A DNA stretch of 64,000 nucleotides from the human T2T-CHM13v2.0 reference genome, Homo sapiens (GCF_009914755.1 NC_060926.1); one strand, 5' to 3'. Positions 32,040-46,286 are shown, numbered from the stretch's first letter. Notes: generated by a model from the sequence alone, not told the origin. Translations and numbers: made by a program.

Positions 32040-33144
32040 CTAACATTCACAAGTAGAAAAAAAATCAAGACATTTATTTTTGGCATAAACTCAAAAGACA
32101 TTTAAAAATATTTAGAATAGAAATTGAATTATAAGATTTATATTATGGAAAGTGTTATGAATAAACTTAAAAATCATCAATTTTCTGTTATAATAGTTGT
32201 TAAACTTATGTTTTAAAATAAGCATATGTGAAAAAAGTATGATTAATGAAAACAAATGACATTTGGTGTGAAGAGATTTGTCAGAGAGAGTCCATGTATT
32301 TCTTACGACATACAGTTATTCAAAGGGAAAGGATAATGAGGGGATTTAGGTTTTTATGGTACTGCCTTTAAACTTCTCTGGAAAGGCAGTAATTTTCTGG
32401 ATAGTGTACCAAATGGCTGTTTTCCTACATATACCTCTCTAACGCATGATATAAAAAATTTTTTTTTTAATTTTACCAATAAAATGGAATGCGACTTTTT
32501 AAAAAATGTGGGAAATGCCTATTAAATTATTATTCAAAGATACTAAATATACTTTAGTATATGAAGCACTTTGATTATATTTCCATTTACTTAATGGTTA
32601 CAATATTGTACAACATGAGTTATATAATAATCAAAAGAGAATACCCTTCCCCTGACATAAAATGAAAATGGAAAAAAAACTATTTTAAATATAATCATAA
32701 TACCAAATTGTAAGTTGTGAAAGGACCATATTTTATCTTTATGTCAACTAGAGTAAATAACTTGTGTTACTAGATGCTTAATAAAAAGTGATCGAAATAA
32801 AAGAGCAGAAAACTTAGTAAAAACATTAGAAATAATTATATAACTTTTTTACTTCTAAAGAAAAGCACTAGAAATGGGAAAGTAAGTCATAATCTTTTCT
32901 TAATTTCTTATTTTTTCATGTTAACTATCAAATAAATTAAAATAATATTAATAATTTGTTAGTATGAGTATAGGTAGGCAAAACAAAATGAGTTGATTTG
33001 TATTTAAGCTTAAGGAACTTTTTTTTCATTTCTAAAGGTCAATTACCCTACAAATAGATTCTCACACTAGAGGAAAAATTTCAGATTTAATAGACATAAT
33101 CTTCAATAGAGTTCTACTTCTATCTTGAAAGATTTATAGTTAAA

Positions 33145-34490
33145 GTCAACAAAATTATACACTGGGGAAATAACATCCTATTCAATAAATAGTGCTGGGA
33201 AAATTGCAGCCATATGCAGAAGAATAAAAGTGGACTCATAACTTTCACCATATACAAAAATTAACTCAAGATGGATTAAAGACCTAAATGTGAGACCTTA
33301 AACTACAAAAACTCTTGAAGAAAAACTAGGAAACTCTTCTGGACATTGGCCTGGGCAAAGAATTTATGATCAAGTGTTCATAAGAAAATGCAACAAAAAG
33401 AAAAATAGTTTAATAGACTTAATTAAACTATAAAGCTTCTGCACAGCAAATGAAACAATCAACAGAGTGAACAGACAACCTAAAGAATGTTAAGAAATAT
33501 TTGCAAACTACGTATTTGACAAAGAGCTAACATCCTGAATCTATAAGGAACTGAAACAACTCAACAGGAAAAAACCGAATAACCTCATTAAAAAGTGGGC
33601 AAAGGACATGAACAGACATTTTTCAAAATAAGATATACAAGTGGCCAACAAACATAATAAAATGCTCAACATCACTAATCATCAGAGAAGTGGAAATTAT
33701 AACCACAATGAGATATCATCTTATACATGTCATAATGACTATTATTAAAAGGTCAAAAAACAACAAATGTCGATAAGGACCTGGAGAAAGGGGAATGCTT
33801 ATATACTATTGCTAGGAATGTAAATTAGTTCAACCTTTATGAAAAACAGTACGGCGATTTCTCAAAAAACTAAAAATAGAACTACCATGACCCAGCAATC
33901 CTATTCCTGGGTATATGGCTACTGGGCAAGAAATCATTATATCAAAAGATAGCTGAACTCATATGTTTATCACAGCACTATTCACAACAGCAAAGATACG
34001 GAATCAACCTAAGTATCCATAATGGTGGGCATAAAAATATACCACATTAATAAAATGTGTGTATAAACATATATATATACACACACACACACATATATAT
34101 ATATATAATGTAATAGAACTCAGCCATAAAAATTAATGAACTCATGTCTTTTGTAGCAGCATGGATGGAACTGGAGGCCAATATCCTAAGTTAAATAATT
34201 CGGAAATAGAAAGTCAAATACTGCATGTTCTCAGTTGTAAGTGAAAGCTAAACAATGGGTCACATGGACATATAGAGTGAAATAAGACATCAGAGACTAC
34301 AAAAACTGGGAGGGTGGGAAGGGAGTAAGGCTGAAAAATCACTTATTGGGTACAATGCTCACTATTGGGGTGATTAGTACACTATAAGTCCAGACTTCAC
34401 CACTATGCAATATATGCATGTAAGAAACCTGAACTTTTTATAAAAAATAAATAACCTGAACTATTTATAAAAATACATGAAAATTTAAAG
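33145..34490 (+). mobile_element. 5'-truncated L1MA/L1PB-type LINE-1 in intron 2
   Basis: ORF2 3' end and 3'UTR; approximate TSD GATT(T/C)ATAGT(T/C)AAA at ~33131-33144 and ~34492-34505. Confidence 0.88.
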
Positions 34491-34998
34491 TGATTCATAG
34501 TCAAATGTTAACTGAAAAGGAAAATATTTTGAAACTTGACTGCCATAGGCCAATACGGAAAAGGTGAACACTTTCAACCTATGTATACATGTAGAAAATG
34601 GAACATTTGATATTCAAGAAAACGTGATTTTGGAAACACAATTTGTGGAAGCACAGCAATATCTCAAATGAACCATATAATTATCAGCAGTGATGGGATC
34701 AGGATTTTTCCCCCGTTTTATAGTTAGATTTCACATTTGTACATGAGAATCTAAAATTGATTTTTTCTATTTAAAAGCATTAACATTATAAAATGGTTCT
34801 CAATTTAAATGTTATTCAATTTTCAGAATAAAATGAAATACTGAAAAATTTATTGGTAAGCTATGACCATTTTAACTTTATATTCCCCAAACACCAAATT
34901 TCTTTAATTTTGTTGTTATTGAAACCATGACAAAGGCAAAATATTTAACACACCAAGATGTTCCTTCATGGAAGATCTTCATTTGAAAAGTCACTTAC

Positions 34999-35075
34999 CA
35001 GCAGATATGCTTACAAAGTTCCCCTCCTTTCGGAAATGTGGAACAGTTACAAACGTGAGGATTTCCTAGAAAAAC
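34999..35075 (-). CDS. ZSWIM2: ZSWIM2 exon 2 (SWIM zinc finger CxC...CxH)
   Basis: tttaaag|GTT...TGC TG|gtaagt; VFLGNPHVCNCSTFPKGGELCKHIC; 77 nt. Confidence 0.96.
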
Positions 35076-36245
35076 CTTTAAAGGAAAAATGCATACTTAA
35101 AAAGACCAGTAAAATTTGAGAGTTAGAGCAAAACTGAGTTAATAAAAGAGATTTGAAGAGGTAATTTAGTTTAGGTGATTCAAAAAGGTTGAATAGATTC
35201 TACTGGAGAATCTTAATTCTTGATACTAGTCTCTAGGCTTCATTATTTATCTTTGTTAGCAAATTAACAAATTAGGATGGTTTTAAAGTGACCTGCCCTT
35301 AGGCAGGTGAAAATAAATCTAATTCCCAAAGTCAGAGAAGAAAAAAAGCAAATATCAACCCATAAATTCCTCACAGTAAGGAAATTCTACTTTGGGGTGG
35401 AGCTAAGCACCTTTTGTAAGGTAGCTCATTTTGGATTTTTGTTTGGTGCATTTGAGTCGGTGAATTTATTTAATTTTATTCAAGAGGACAAAATTTATTC
35501 ACCAAGACTAGTTTGGCTAAAACTATTAAATACAGTAAGTATTGAAGCAACAAAGTAAAAAAAGATGCTTTAAATAAGCACAGACTAGTAAATTGCATTC
35601 AATTCTTAAACTTCACGGCACTAACGTAAAATTTTGTAAGTCAACTCCTAGGAGGTAGTGCAGTGGCTAATTTTTGAGTGGTTAAGGATGGGATATGCAA
35701 TTATGAAATATCTGTGGTCTTTCAGTAAACTTGAATTTTTATTCATTAATATCTTTCCAAGGTATTGCCATTTAAACCATCCTTTAATAGGGCCTTCATA
35801 CAGTTTCAGAGTGAGCAAAGAGTAAAGGGAAACCTATTTATTTATTTAGAAAATATTTACAGTATGCTAGCAGATTGTAGAATTTTCATTTCGTTTGATT
35901 TACAGGACTAAGGACCACTAACAACAGATCCAAGAACACATGTAATGCAAACCAGGTATTCATATGCCTCTGACATTTTCAAGCCTAAAGATCAAGAGCC
36001 ATCATCTTTTACAAGAGTTGCAGTTTGGTCTTAACCTCCAAAAAAGAAACTTCTAATAAATACTATTTCCTTCTGTAATTTCACGTATTTTAGAGTCTGG
36101 AACACTCGTGGGAAGGCGCTTTCGGGGGTGAGGCAGCAAGTATCCGCAGAGATTGTGATGGTGGCTACGCACATTGGGTATGCCAGTGGGGGAACCTGGT
36201 GGGCGGGGATGATGGCCAACTGGGGGCGGTAGGGGCGGTAGTTAC

Positions 36246-36410
36246 TCGGAAATCCATGTATTCCGGCTCCTCCTCCCTCAGCAGGAAGCCAGTGGGGCCC
36301 ATCTCTCGTAGGAGGTAGATGCTGCTACTCAGCGCCTGGTCTTGGTGCCAGCTGAGCCTCTCGCTCAAGTGTCTTCGCCTTTCAGAGGCCTTATAGCCTC
36401 GGCGAAGCAT
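36246..36410 (-). CDS. ZSWIM2: ZSWIM2 exon 1 coding part
   Basis: CCCAGCATG start; MLRRGYKASERRRHLSERLSWHQDQALSSSIYLLREMGPTGFLLREEEPEYMDFR|gtaact; 165 nt. All nine exons sum to 1902 nt = 633 aa plus stop. Confidence 0.97.
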
Positions 36411-36463
36411 GCTGGGTGCGGGCGGAGGCGGCCCCTCTGCTCGGCTCACTGAGGCGCCAGCCG

Positions 36464-36504
36464 GTCTCCAAGACGACGGCGTGCAGGCTGGTTGCCTTGG
36501 TGAC
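36464..36504. promoter_or_regulatory. Tandem RFX X-box-like motifs
   Basis: GTTGCCTTGGTGAC (36491-36504) and GTCTCCAAGACGAC (36464-36477) versus consensus GTTGCCATGGCAAC. Confidence 0.6.
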
Positions 36505-36975
36505 GGTGGTTGGGCTCGGGGTGTCCCGGTGTGCCCTGCGCCGAAGAAGAGCGGGCGACAAAGGTGCGGGATGGCATGGATTCTGCAACTCTCCCCAGCC
36601 TCCACTGCGTTTCGAAGCGACGCCCTTGACTGAGGAGTGTTTTTAATAATCATCTGGCCGACTTGGAAGCTGGAGGCCGAAGGCATAGCTGTCAATTTTC
36701 TTGCGTTCCTTCTGCTTCCTCGGGGCAGAGATGGTGAAATCTACTTGTTAGGACAGTTGCAAACCCGATTGCAGTCTGGGCTCTGGATGCTGAAATTATC
36801 CTGTGATGATTCATCATCTTTAACAGAAAGCCGAGGTTACAGAGCCCAGAGTGATTTTTGACGTTCCACAATATTCCACGAACATTTTCTGATTGCTCAC
36901 TATATGCATAGATTGACTGAGTCTCTGGGGGAAAGATGTAGAAGACAGGAGTTCTAAACCCTAGGAAGTGCATCA

Positions 36976-37030
36976 CCGGTAGTGGCGCCGGCTGTAGTCC
37001 CAGCTACTTGGGAGGAAACCAGATCCTTAA
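36976..37030 (+). mobile_element. Short Alu/7SL-derived monomer fragment
   Basis: GTGGCGCCGGCTGTAGTCCCAGCTACTTGGGAGG. Confidence 0.7.
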
Positions 37031-37044
37031 GTCATTTCTCTCTG

Positions 37045-37045
<1 letters not shown>

Positions 37046-37094
<49 letters not shown>

Positions 37095-37103
37095 TGTGTG
37101 TGT
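37046..37103. repeat. Compound (TC)n(TG)n microsatellite
   Basis: Uninterrupted TC run followed directly by a TG run. Confidence 0.97.
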
Positions 37104-38374
37104 TGGAGGGGAAATGGTCTTCCAAGTGAGGGAACATTTTTTAATTGCATGTTTGGGTAGGGGTGGGTGTTGGGGATGGTACAGCCAGAATGGTGGATGG
37201 TGGTACGTCCTGAATGGTGGCACAGAATCCATTGACTATGGGTACATGAAACTTACAAATCTGTATACTAAGGAATAAGAGTTTCAAGGTATGCAATGTT
37301 TGTACCTCCAATAATTTAAATTGTCTCTGAGGTTTGTTTACCACATTTTAGGGGGAAAACTGTAATAAAGTATGGGTCAACATTTTGAGTCATAATTACT
37401 GAAAAAAGAAGCCACATTACTAGAATCTCTATAGGAAATTAAAAGCAGGAGATAGCACTACTTGGAGGTCCAGTAACCTTTGCCTTGGTGGCCAAAGATA
37501 GAGCATATTTGTCCTATTTTATCATGGGCAGAAATCATAACTAGATTATGTCAACAGCAGGAGAGTTCTCAGAAAATGGCAAGGGCAAAAGATGAAAGAA
37601 GATGATGGTAATGGCAGCTTTCACAGGTGAGACACCTGGATAAACATCATCCAACCCTTAAAGTCTTAGGTCTAAGGTCTAAGGTTTTAATTTACTAAAT
37701 TTTATTTTTATTCTCCTATTCTGACTAATAACAACTCACATTCATACTACCATACTCCCAACTTTAGAATCAATTTAATGGTACTAGATGTTAAAGAAAT
37801 ACATTATAACATTAGAAAAAAACTCACATATCAAGAGCAAAAGAAATTATAAATTGGATTAAATTATTTTACATATTGATATGTATAATTTTAAAAACTC
37901 AATAAATTAATGACTCCATATTTGCTATATAATATGATGAGTTGGGCTTCAGAGTGAGGACATTTTATTCAACCATCAATTTTTTTTCTCTCTCTCTTTA
38001 TATACATGTGTGTACATATAAAATAAAGTTATAAAATTTTTAAAAGCAAACAGCAAAAATTGTTAAAGCTGTTGTGTTTTAGTTATAGCTAGTGATACTT
38101 GTTTACTTGCTCCATGTATAAGTGATAAACATTTTCAAAGGGTCGCATGTTTAAGACACAATAGTCATTATATCAATGGAATATAGGTTCATAAATTCCA
38201 TTTTGGGGGATGGTAAAAATAATGGTGTTTATGCTTTCATAGAAGTTAAAAAGTGAAAGCACAGATTGCTAGACAGAACTTCATTCTATTTGTAAGATAT
38301 TTGTTTTGATATCTGTCAGTTATGACTTTAAAAACATTTTTATAGTCAGGTGACTATCCCATATGTTTGCTTCA

Positions 38375-38902
<528 letters not shown>

Positions 38903-39694
38903 TTAAAAAGTTATGATGGCTCCCGTTAAGACAGAAAAAACTGAACCTAGAGTATTAGACCTTGGAATTATATGGAAAAGAATGCTCTAGGAAGTAGGAA
39001 GAAGAGTGATGGAAGTCACTAGAAGAAGTCAGCTTGCCAGTCTCCAAATGGGCATGTGTGAGTTGGGTTGAGGGCGGAATATATGGAGTGATGGATTGAA
39101 ACATTGAGATGAGTTTAAGATGACTGAATACCTGGAGCAGGTGTGTGTGTATAGCATACTTCTGTAATGGTGTTAGAGAGTTGCAGGCTACTAGGAAACT
39201 TCAGCTTTTTGCCATGTCTAACACATGGCAAGCAATATTCAGAGGTGCCTGTGGAAGACAGGTAAATGATCTGGTTCTCAAGGATTAAAAACATGAAATG
39301 GATACAAGAGTTTGTGTTTATTTCTAGAGATCAGGCACAAAAGAAAGGCAGAATACTGGTATCTGACAAAGAAGATACAGAATTAATTGACTTCAAGACT
39401 GGAAGCAAATAGAACTAAGGATTCCAGAGGGAGGCACCAGCACAACCACCTTAAAAAAAGTCAAAACTCGCAACTCATTGTTCACTAACAAGGAACAATT
39501 CAGACTGCCCATATTGCAGAAGTGACCAGCAAGAGTCTAGGGAACACTGTGTAAATTTAAGGTCATCAGCTTTTGTTATCAGACACGTGTTTACAGAGCT
39601 TTTATTTCCTCATACACTCATGTATCTTTTTGAGATGAAATAGGGAATGAGTGGAAATCTAAAATTCTAGGCATTTTATCCTTAATAGTGATTA

Positions 39695-40289
39695 TGATGG
39701 TCTTAACATTCCACTTAGCTTGACTAAACTTTAGACAGATTTTTTCCTGACTGTAGATTCTTGACCTCCCTTTTCTTAGAGTATTTACTTCGGAAAACTT
39801 GGAATTATAAATTCTTTCTCTACCCCTTTAAGATGTAAATATTCTTGCAGCCTCTTGTAGATGTGACAACTAGTCACGTCTTTCTCAAGGACCTGGGAGG
39901 CATTCTTTGAAATAGAATCAACAATAAAAATAGTGCTCTCGTATCCTAGTCTTTGCAGCAGCATAGAAGCCTAATTTAGATAAGTGCCAATTAGCAAATA
40001 CAGGTGGCTTAGTCACATTGGCCAACCTTCACCCTAAAGTCCTCCAGTACTTTTCCACTAGTTTACCTCCAGGTGCAGGAAACCACCATGGCACGTGTGA
40101 ATCTATGTAACAAAACTACACGTTCTGCACATGTACTCCAGAACGTAAAGTATAATAATAATAAAAAATATAAAAACTGCCACCTTTTGTTTCAGTAGTC
40201 ATGTTTAATCTCACTCCCATATTGCAGTAGACTTTAATAAAGTCTTCCTTGCTTGTTTAACTCCATCCAATGCAGTTTTTCTTTGACAG
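39695..40289 (+). mobile_element. ERV1 solo LTR (MER31/MER67 group) with a nested L1 tail
   Basis: TTGACTAAACTTTAGACAG...CTTTCTCAAGGACCTGGGAG...AATAAAGTCTTCCTT...TTTGACA. Confidence 0.7.
40070..40170 (+). mobile_element. ~100-bp L1PA 3' tip
   Basis: GGTGCAGGAAACCACCATGGCACGTG...CTGCACATGTACTCCAGAACGTAAAGTATAAT plus A tail. Confidence 0.85.
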
Positions 40290-40590
40290 TGAACACCATT
40301 TATCTAAAAGACTATTTGGTAATTAAGTCAGGCTAAATTATATTTTGCTGAGTTTTTTTCTTGTGAACAAAGAAAGTGAAGTCTATCAAAAGCAACTGGA
40401 CCATTTATAGAGAAAATATTTTAAACTTTTTGCACATAAAAGTGTAATATGAATAAATATATAACCCACTATGAGTGTGACTGGGACTTTAAGATGCCAG
40501 AATAAGTAGATAATGTTAGTTTCTCCCCCATTGACTAGCCTAAAAAAAGTCAGGTTTCAACCTCTGACAATGAAGAGAACTAAAGAGGGC

Positions 40591-41212
40591 TGAGGTAGGC
40601 AGAATTTTCAGAATGACCCCAGTGACCCCAATGACCCTTACCCTTGTATAATTTCTTCCTCTGTGAATATGTAGTGTTATGTGACAAAAGAGATTTTGCA
40701 GGTATAATTGTGGTTACTAATCATTTGATTTTGAGTTAATTAAAAGGGAGATAACTATGGTTGGCCTCATCTTATCTCATAAACTCTTTAAAGGCAGTTT
40801 TCTCTGGCTGGTGACAGAAGGAGAAGTCAGAATGGAAGCAATTTTTTTTTTTTTTTTGGCCAGCTTTGAAGATGGAAGGGGCCATGTGACAAGGAATTCT
40901 GTGGCCTCTGGAAGAAGAAAGTGGCCTCTGGCTGACCACCAGCAAGGAAATGGAGTCCTTAGACCTTGAGCAGCAAAGGACTGGATTTTTGGCAGCAACT
41001 TGAATGGGCTTGAAAGCAGATTCTTCTGCAGAGCTTCCAGAGAAGAGCACAGTCTGGATAACACATTGATTTCAACCTTGTGAGACAGTGAGCAGAGAGC
41101 CTAGCTGAGACTGCCTGTACTTCTGACCTATATATCTGTAAACTGGTAAATGGATATTGTTTTAAGTCACTAAATTTGTGATAATTTCTTTTGCAGCAAT
41201 AGAAAAAGAATA
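40591..41212 (+). mobile_element. MLT1 (E/F-like) solo LTR
   Basis: TGAGGTAGGCAGAATT...GAAGATGGAAGGGGCCA...TTTAAGTCACTAAATTTGTGATAATTT...GCAGCAATAGAAAA. Confidence 0.85.
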
Positions 41213-41699
41213 TGGGGCCACTGGCAAATTAACAGTTTCAACAACCTACTAGAAGAACAAATATGGGTGGAAGAATGCTGACTGATGAAATGAGGAGTAA
41301 TTGATGGCAAGAACATGGAACAGATTACTTCTCATCTGCCAGCATTGGGTTGGACAATAGAATCACTTTAGCTAGTTTTACTTACAAAGGAATTTACTAT
41401 AGGATATATGTTAGCTTGTAGGCTGACTAGAAGGGCCCAGAATCAAGCTTTAATTCCACCCTAAAGTGAGGCATTCAGGAAACTTGTTCACTTATACCAT
41501 GAGATTTTTCCAGTGGAAATTCCTCTGAGTCATTCAAAAAGCTAGGGACTAAACATTGTACCTTTATTCTCATTGTTGCAGTGAAAACAAAGGACTTCAT
41601 AACTGTGATTGCTAGTTGGGCTGCGTGGTCTCAAGAACTTTATTATTGCCTTTTAAGTCCTGGCAGAAGACAGTCAAGTATTTATAATCTAAAAGTTAA

Positions 41700-42410
41700 A
41701 AAAATCTGGAGAACATAGAAAGGTGGTAGAAAAAAATTGGAGAGTTACCAAAATGGATAAGGGGGCAGGAGAATTCAAACAATTTGACAAGCCGAAAGAC
41801 CAAGATATTAAAAAGACAATCAGAATAAGAAGGGTTTTTTTGTTGTTCTAGAAATGATTTTTTAATTAAGAAACTCAACAGAAATTTTGAAAGATAAAGT
41901 CAATTATCTAGATGTAGAGCAAAAAGAAAAAAGATGGAAAATATTAAAAAGAAAGAAAGAGGGCTAAGCTAAAATGTACAAATTTAGACCATTATGATTT
42001 TCAAAAGGCAGAGTGAAGGGAAGGAAATTATCAAAGATGATAATAGAAAAAATTTCCTAGGATAATTGGGAGAACTATATCTTCAAATAAAAAGGGCTTG
42101 TCAAATGCTGAGCAGTACAAATGGATAATGATTCATACCTAGATATGTGGCTGAGAAATTTTGAAATGTTGAAAATAAAGAGAAAAACCTAGCCATTTAC
42201 AAAATGAAAAAAAGATACAAATGGGCAAAAACAAGATAAGAATTAGAGTCTTTATTTGCATCAGGGATCCTAAATGACTTGGAAAAGTTCTGAGGGAAAA
42301 TGATACTGACACTAGAATTTTATGTCTAGCTATGTTATCAAACAAATGTAAGGACAAAATCAAGTCATTTTCAGACATATAGGATTCAGAAAGCTTATCC
42401 CCCATTCATG
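41700..42410 (+). mobile_element. Ancient L1M ORF1-region fragment
   Basis: AAAATTTCCTAGG...ACCTAGA...AAATTT...CTAGAATTTTATGTCTAGCT L1 ORF1-like motifs. Confidence 0.55.
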
Positions 42411-43912
42411 AATAATGAGTAAAGCACAGGGATATATGTGAGAAAAACCAGGAATGTATAATTTTATGTTTAAATGGTTCTTATTATCACCAGCTCTTCT
42501 TTTTATATCATAGCTTCTCCATTCTCTTTATTTAGCAGATTCATCTCTTGGTTGGTTTGAATGACGTCTTGAATAATTTTTTGCGGAGAAAGCATGAGCA
42601 GTATACTTTTTGTCTTGAATAACCTAAATTATTTAAAATTGCTTTCACACGTAAATGACCATTTGGCTGGTTATGCAATACTTGGATTAAAATCTTTCTC
42701 CTACAACTGTAAAGATATTGCTATATTTTTGCAAGTGAACCATAATATATAGGGTATAAATCTGACACCGGCCAAATTTTTTAACCTTTATGTATTGATA
42801 GCATGTTTCTTCCTGGAAGATTTTAAATTCGTCGTTTTTAAGACTTCAACCAAGATAATTTCATAAGTTGTGTTTCACTGATTTTTTCTGCTATGTCATC
42901 AACTGACTTTTTTATTCTGTGACGTTATTGATTATTGCTTCTGTTCTATTGCTTCAGATTCTTTTTAAGGAACCCAAATTATCTTGTACTTTGTTCCTAT
43001 TTTATTTGCTTGTTTTTAGTTAGTCTTATCTATTGTTTTATTCTTCCTCATTTTTTTTCTCAATCTTCTGCTTTCTGGGAGAGCTTTTCATGTTTTTCCT
43101 CTTTATCCTGATGCATTGAAAATTATGTCATTTGCATATTTATTTTAGAACACTAAAAATTATCGTTCTTTTGCTATCTTTGCCTGTCGCTCATGCAGTT
43201 TTAAAAAATCTCAGCCACTTGTTTAATTGCAGATAGTTATTATATAACATTTTTAACTTTTTTATAGAGGCTATGTTTTAGCTAATTTTACTAATCATAT
43301 AAAACAGATGTTATTAAATATAATATCTTTTTAAAAAGCACATGCTTTCTCTACCTCTTGAGTGGTATGCCTTTTTGTTATTGTTACAGAATTTTTCCTA
43401 GTTGCATTTTTCTTTTTATTCATTTTTAATAGGGTTAATTCCTTCCAAGTTTGGTATTTGCCCCTAAAAGAGGACAGATGGAGTCTTCTCGTTTTGCCTC
43501 AGTTTCTACTTGGGATTATCAGAATCCTCTTGTAGCATTTTAGACATGCGGAATTGTTCGTAGTTCAGTGATCTGGGAATAGGAAGAAGCTAGGACTGTG
43601 GTCAATACCACTTGGGGAACTTGTCTCTGTGAGGTTTCTTCTTGTATTTTGTGAAACAATTTTTTCAGCGGTTTTACCCACTGTGGTCCAAGCTCCTTTC
43701 TAAATCTGTTGCCCACAGCATCAAAAAGACGTCTGATGTTAAAGGGCAAAACTCCTTACTAATGACACTAGTATTTTATTTTGTGTGGCTTTCTTTATCT
43801 TTAGGTTCTTGAAGTCATCTTGCTGTCCCTGTTGCTACTACATTTCACATAGTCAGGGTTCAAGTCATTGTTTTTTGTAGACAAGCTCCTTGATTACTAG
43901 CACAGTCTACAT

Positions 43913-44131
43913 CAGGGGTGTCCAATCCTTTGGTTTTCCTGGGCCATATTTGAAGAAGAGCTGTCTTGGGTCACACGTGAAATACGCTAACACTAATGAT
44001 AGCTGATGAGCTAAAAATATTGCAATAAAAACCTGATAATATTTTAAGAAAGTTTATGAATTTGTGTTAGGTTTCATTCAAAGCCCACCTGGGCTGCATG
44101 TGGCCCATAGGCCATGGGTTGGACATGCTTG
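43913..44131. mobile_element. MER30 DNA transposon
   Basis: CAGGGGTGTCCAATC...CTAACACTAATGATAGCTGATGAGCT...GGGTTGGACATGCTTG. Confidence 0.88.
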
Positions 44132-44303
44132 GATGGTGTATCTTCCTGGTTCCTCTTGCACAATTCTCTTCAAATAATAAATAATGCAGATCAGTGTTCC
44201 AGGTTTTCTTCTATACTTTGCATGTAGTTCATCTTTATGTCATAAAGAAGTCAAGTAGGGTCAGATGCTTTGTTTTAGCTGCCAACTGGATTCTGGGAAC
44301 TAC

Positions 44304-44610
<307 letters not shown>

Positions 44611-45597
44611 TTGGGCACTATATTTTATGAGGGGTTCTTAGAACATTTAAAAGGGCATGCGTTTTAAAAAGGCATACATATGAAAGAATACAATTTTGAT
44701 CTATGTCATTCAAGAGGGCTTGATGTTTTAGAGAGACAGACTTTGGCTCATTGTAAAAAGGAACTTTCGAACAATTTCAGCTTTCCAAAAATGAACTGGC
44801 TCTCTCACGCTGCTTGGAGATTCCTATCACAGAAAACATTTCATGGCATTCTGAATGCCAATATTCAGGATTACTGTGGAAGGTTTTCTTGCCCAGATGG
44901 GAAAGTGTCCTAAATATCCTATCTAAAAGACATTTCAGCTTTAAGAGTCTATGATTATTTTGTTTTAAGTTATATGACAAAGCTTTAAATGTTGTTTTGT
45001 TGTTTTAAAGCTTAAGCTAGTTGCCTCTCATTGTTTACTTCCCATAGAAACTGTGTCTAATTTGAAATTTATACACGTTTCAGTAGTATTCATGAATCTT
45101 TTCTATAAATATAAAAATGCAATATTATCTTAGTTACCATACTAAAAGAAAATCAATGTGAACGCATTTTGAGAGTTTTCTAAACATATACACAACTTTC
45201 AAAATTCAATGTGTAAATGTTAAGTATCTTATTCATTGGAGGATCTTTCTTGTGGAACTCTTGGGCCTTAATGTCACCAGTGTAAATATTTGATGTTAGG
45301 GTCTATGTAAATAAAAAACAAATTAATATTCAATAAAATTGTGTATTTTTGTCTTAATTGTTTAATCATTATCTTGGAAAATACATCCAGTCTATTTCTT
45401 CTCTTTACCATCCAGATGGTGATTTTTCTGATATTATATTGGCATTATTCTCAACTGCAAAGCTGATCTATAATTAAAATATATTATTGAGTATTGCCTT
45501 TGTAACAAATGACAACACCTGCAATTCTCAGAGAAGAGCCAAAAGAATATGATTATAAATAGAAAAATATGACATTCCTTAAGCAAAAGGAATGGAA

Positions 45598-45643
45598 GTG
45601 TGTGTGTGTGTGTGAGTGTATGTGTGTGTGTGTGTGTTTGTGT
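45598..45643. repeat. Imperfect (TG)n
   Basis: Direct read. Confidence 0.9.
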
Positions 45644-45687
45644 TCAGAGTCAGCAAGAATACATCGTACTTTGACACGGGAGAAATA

Positions 45688-46286
45688 TTTTTTTTTTGAA
45701 AAACTAATTTCAACTTCTAATTTAGATGTCGGTGGTACATATGCAGGTTTATTATATGGGTATATTGCATGACACTAAGGTTTGGAGTAGAAATAATTCT
45801 GTCACCCAGGAAGAGAGCGTAGTACTTAATAGGTAGGTTTTCAGTCCTCCCCACTTACTCTGTCTCCTCCCTCCAGTATTCTCCAGTTTCGATTGTTCTC
45901 ATCTTTAAATATCTCTAAGTGGCCAATGTTTAGCTTCCACTAATAAGTGAGAATATGTGGTGTTTGGTTTTCTGTTCCTGTGCTCATTTGCTTAGGGTGA
46001 TGGCCTCCAGGTGCATCCATGTTGCTGCAAAGGATATAATTTGATTCTTTTTCATGTCTGCATGGTATTCCACTGTGTATATATACTACATTTTCTTTGT
46101 CCAATCCACCATTGATGGGCACCTAGGTTGATTCCATGTATTTCCTATTGTGAATAGTGCTGCAATGCACATATAAGTGTGTGTGTCTTTTTTGTAGAAT
46201 AATTTATTTTTCTTTGCATATATACCCTGTAATGGGATTGCTGGGTCAAATGGTAGTTTTGTTTTTAGTTCTCTGAGAAGTCTCCC
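45688..46286 (-). mobile_element. 5'-truncated old L1PA/L1PB 3' end
   Basis: Reverse L1 3'UTR/ORF2 end; TSD GGGAGAAAT at 45678-45686 and 46288-46296. Confidence 0.9.

Larger units (their letters stand above)
36100..36730. promoter_or_regulatory. ZSWIM2: CpG-rich promoter of ZSWIM2 with GC boxes
   Basis: Only non-repeat CpG-dense, GC-rich stretch in the window; spans exon 1; GGGGCGG motifs; no obvious TATA box. Confidence 0.85.

Noticed and set aside
34426-34478. Short tandem duplication AACCTGAACT(T/A)TTTATAAAAA
   Set aside because: Ordinary slippage in an L1 tail.
36409-36861. Plus-strand ORFs suggesting a divergent coding gene
   Set aside because: Short, expected in GC-rich DNA, with no recognisable domain or downstream exon chain; a non-coding divergent transcript cannot be judged from sequence.
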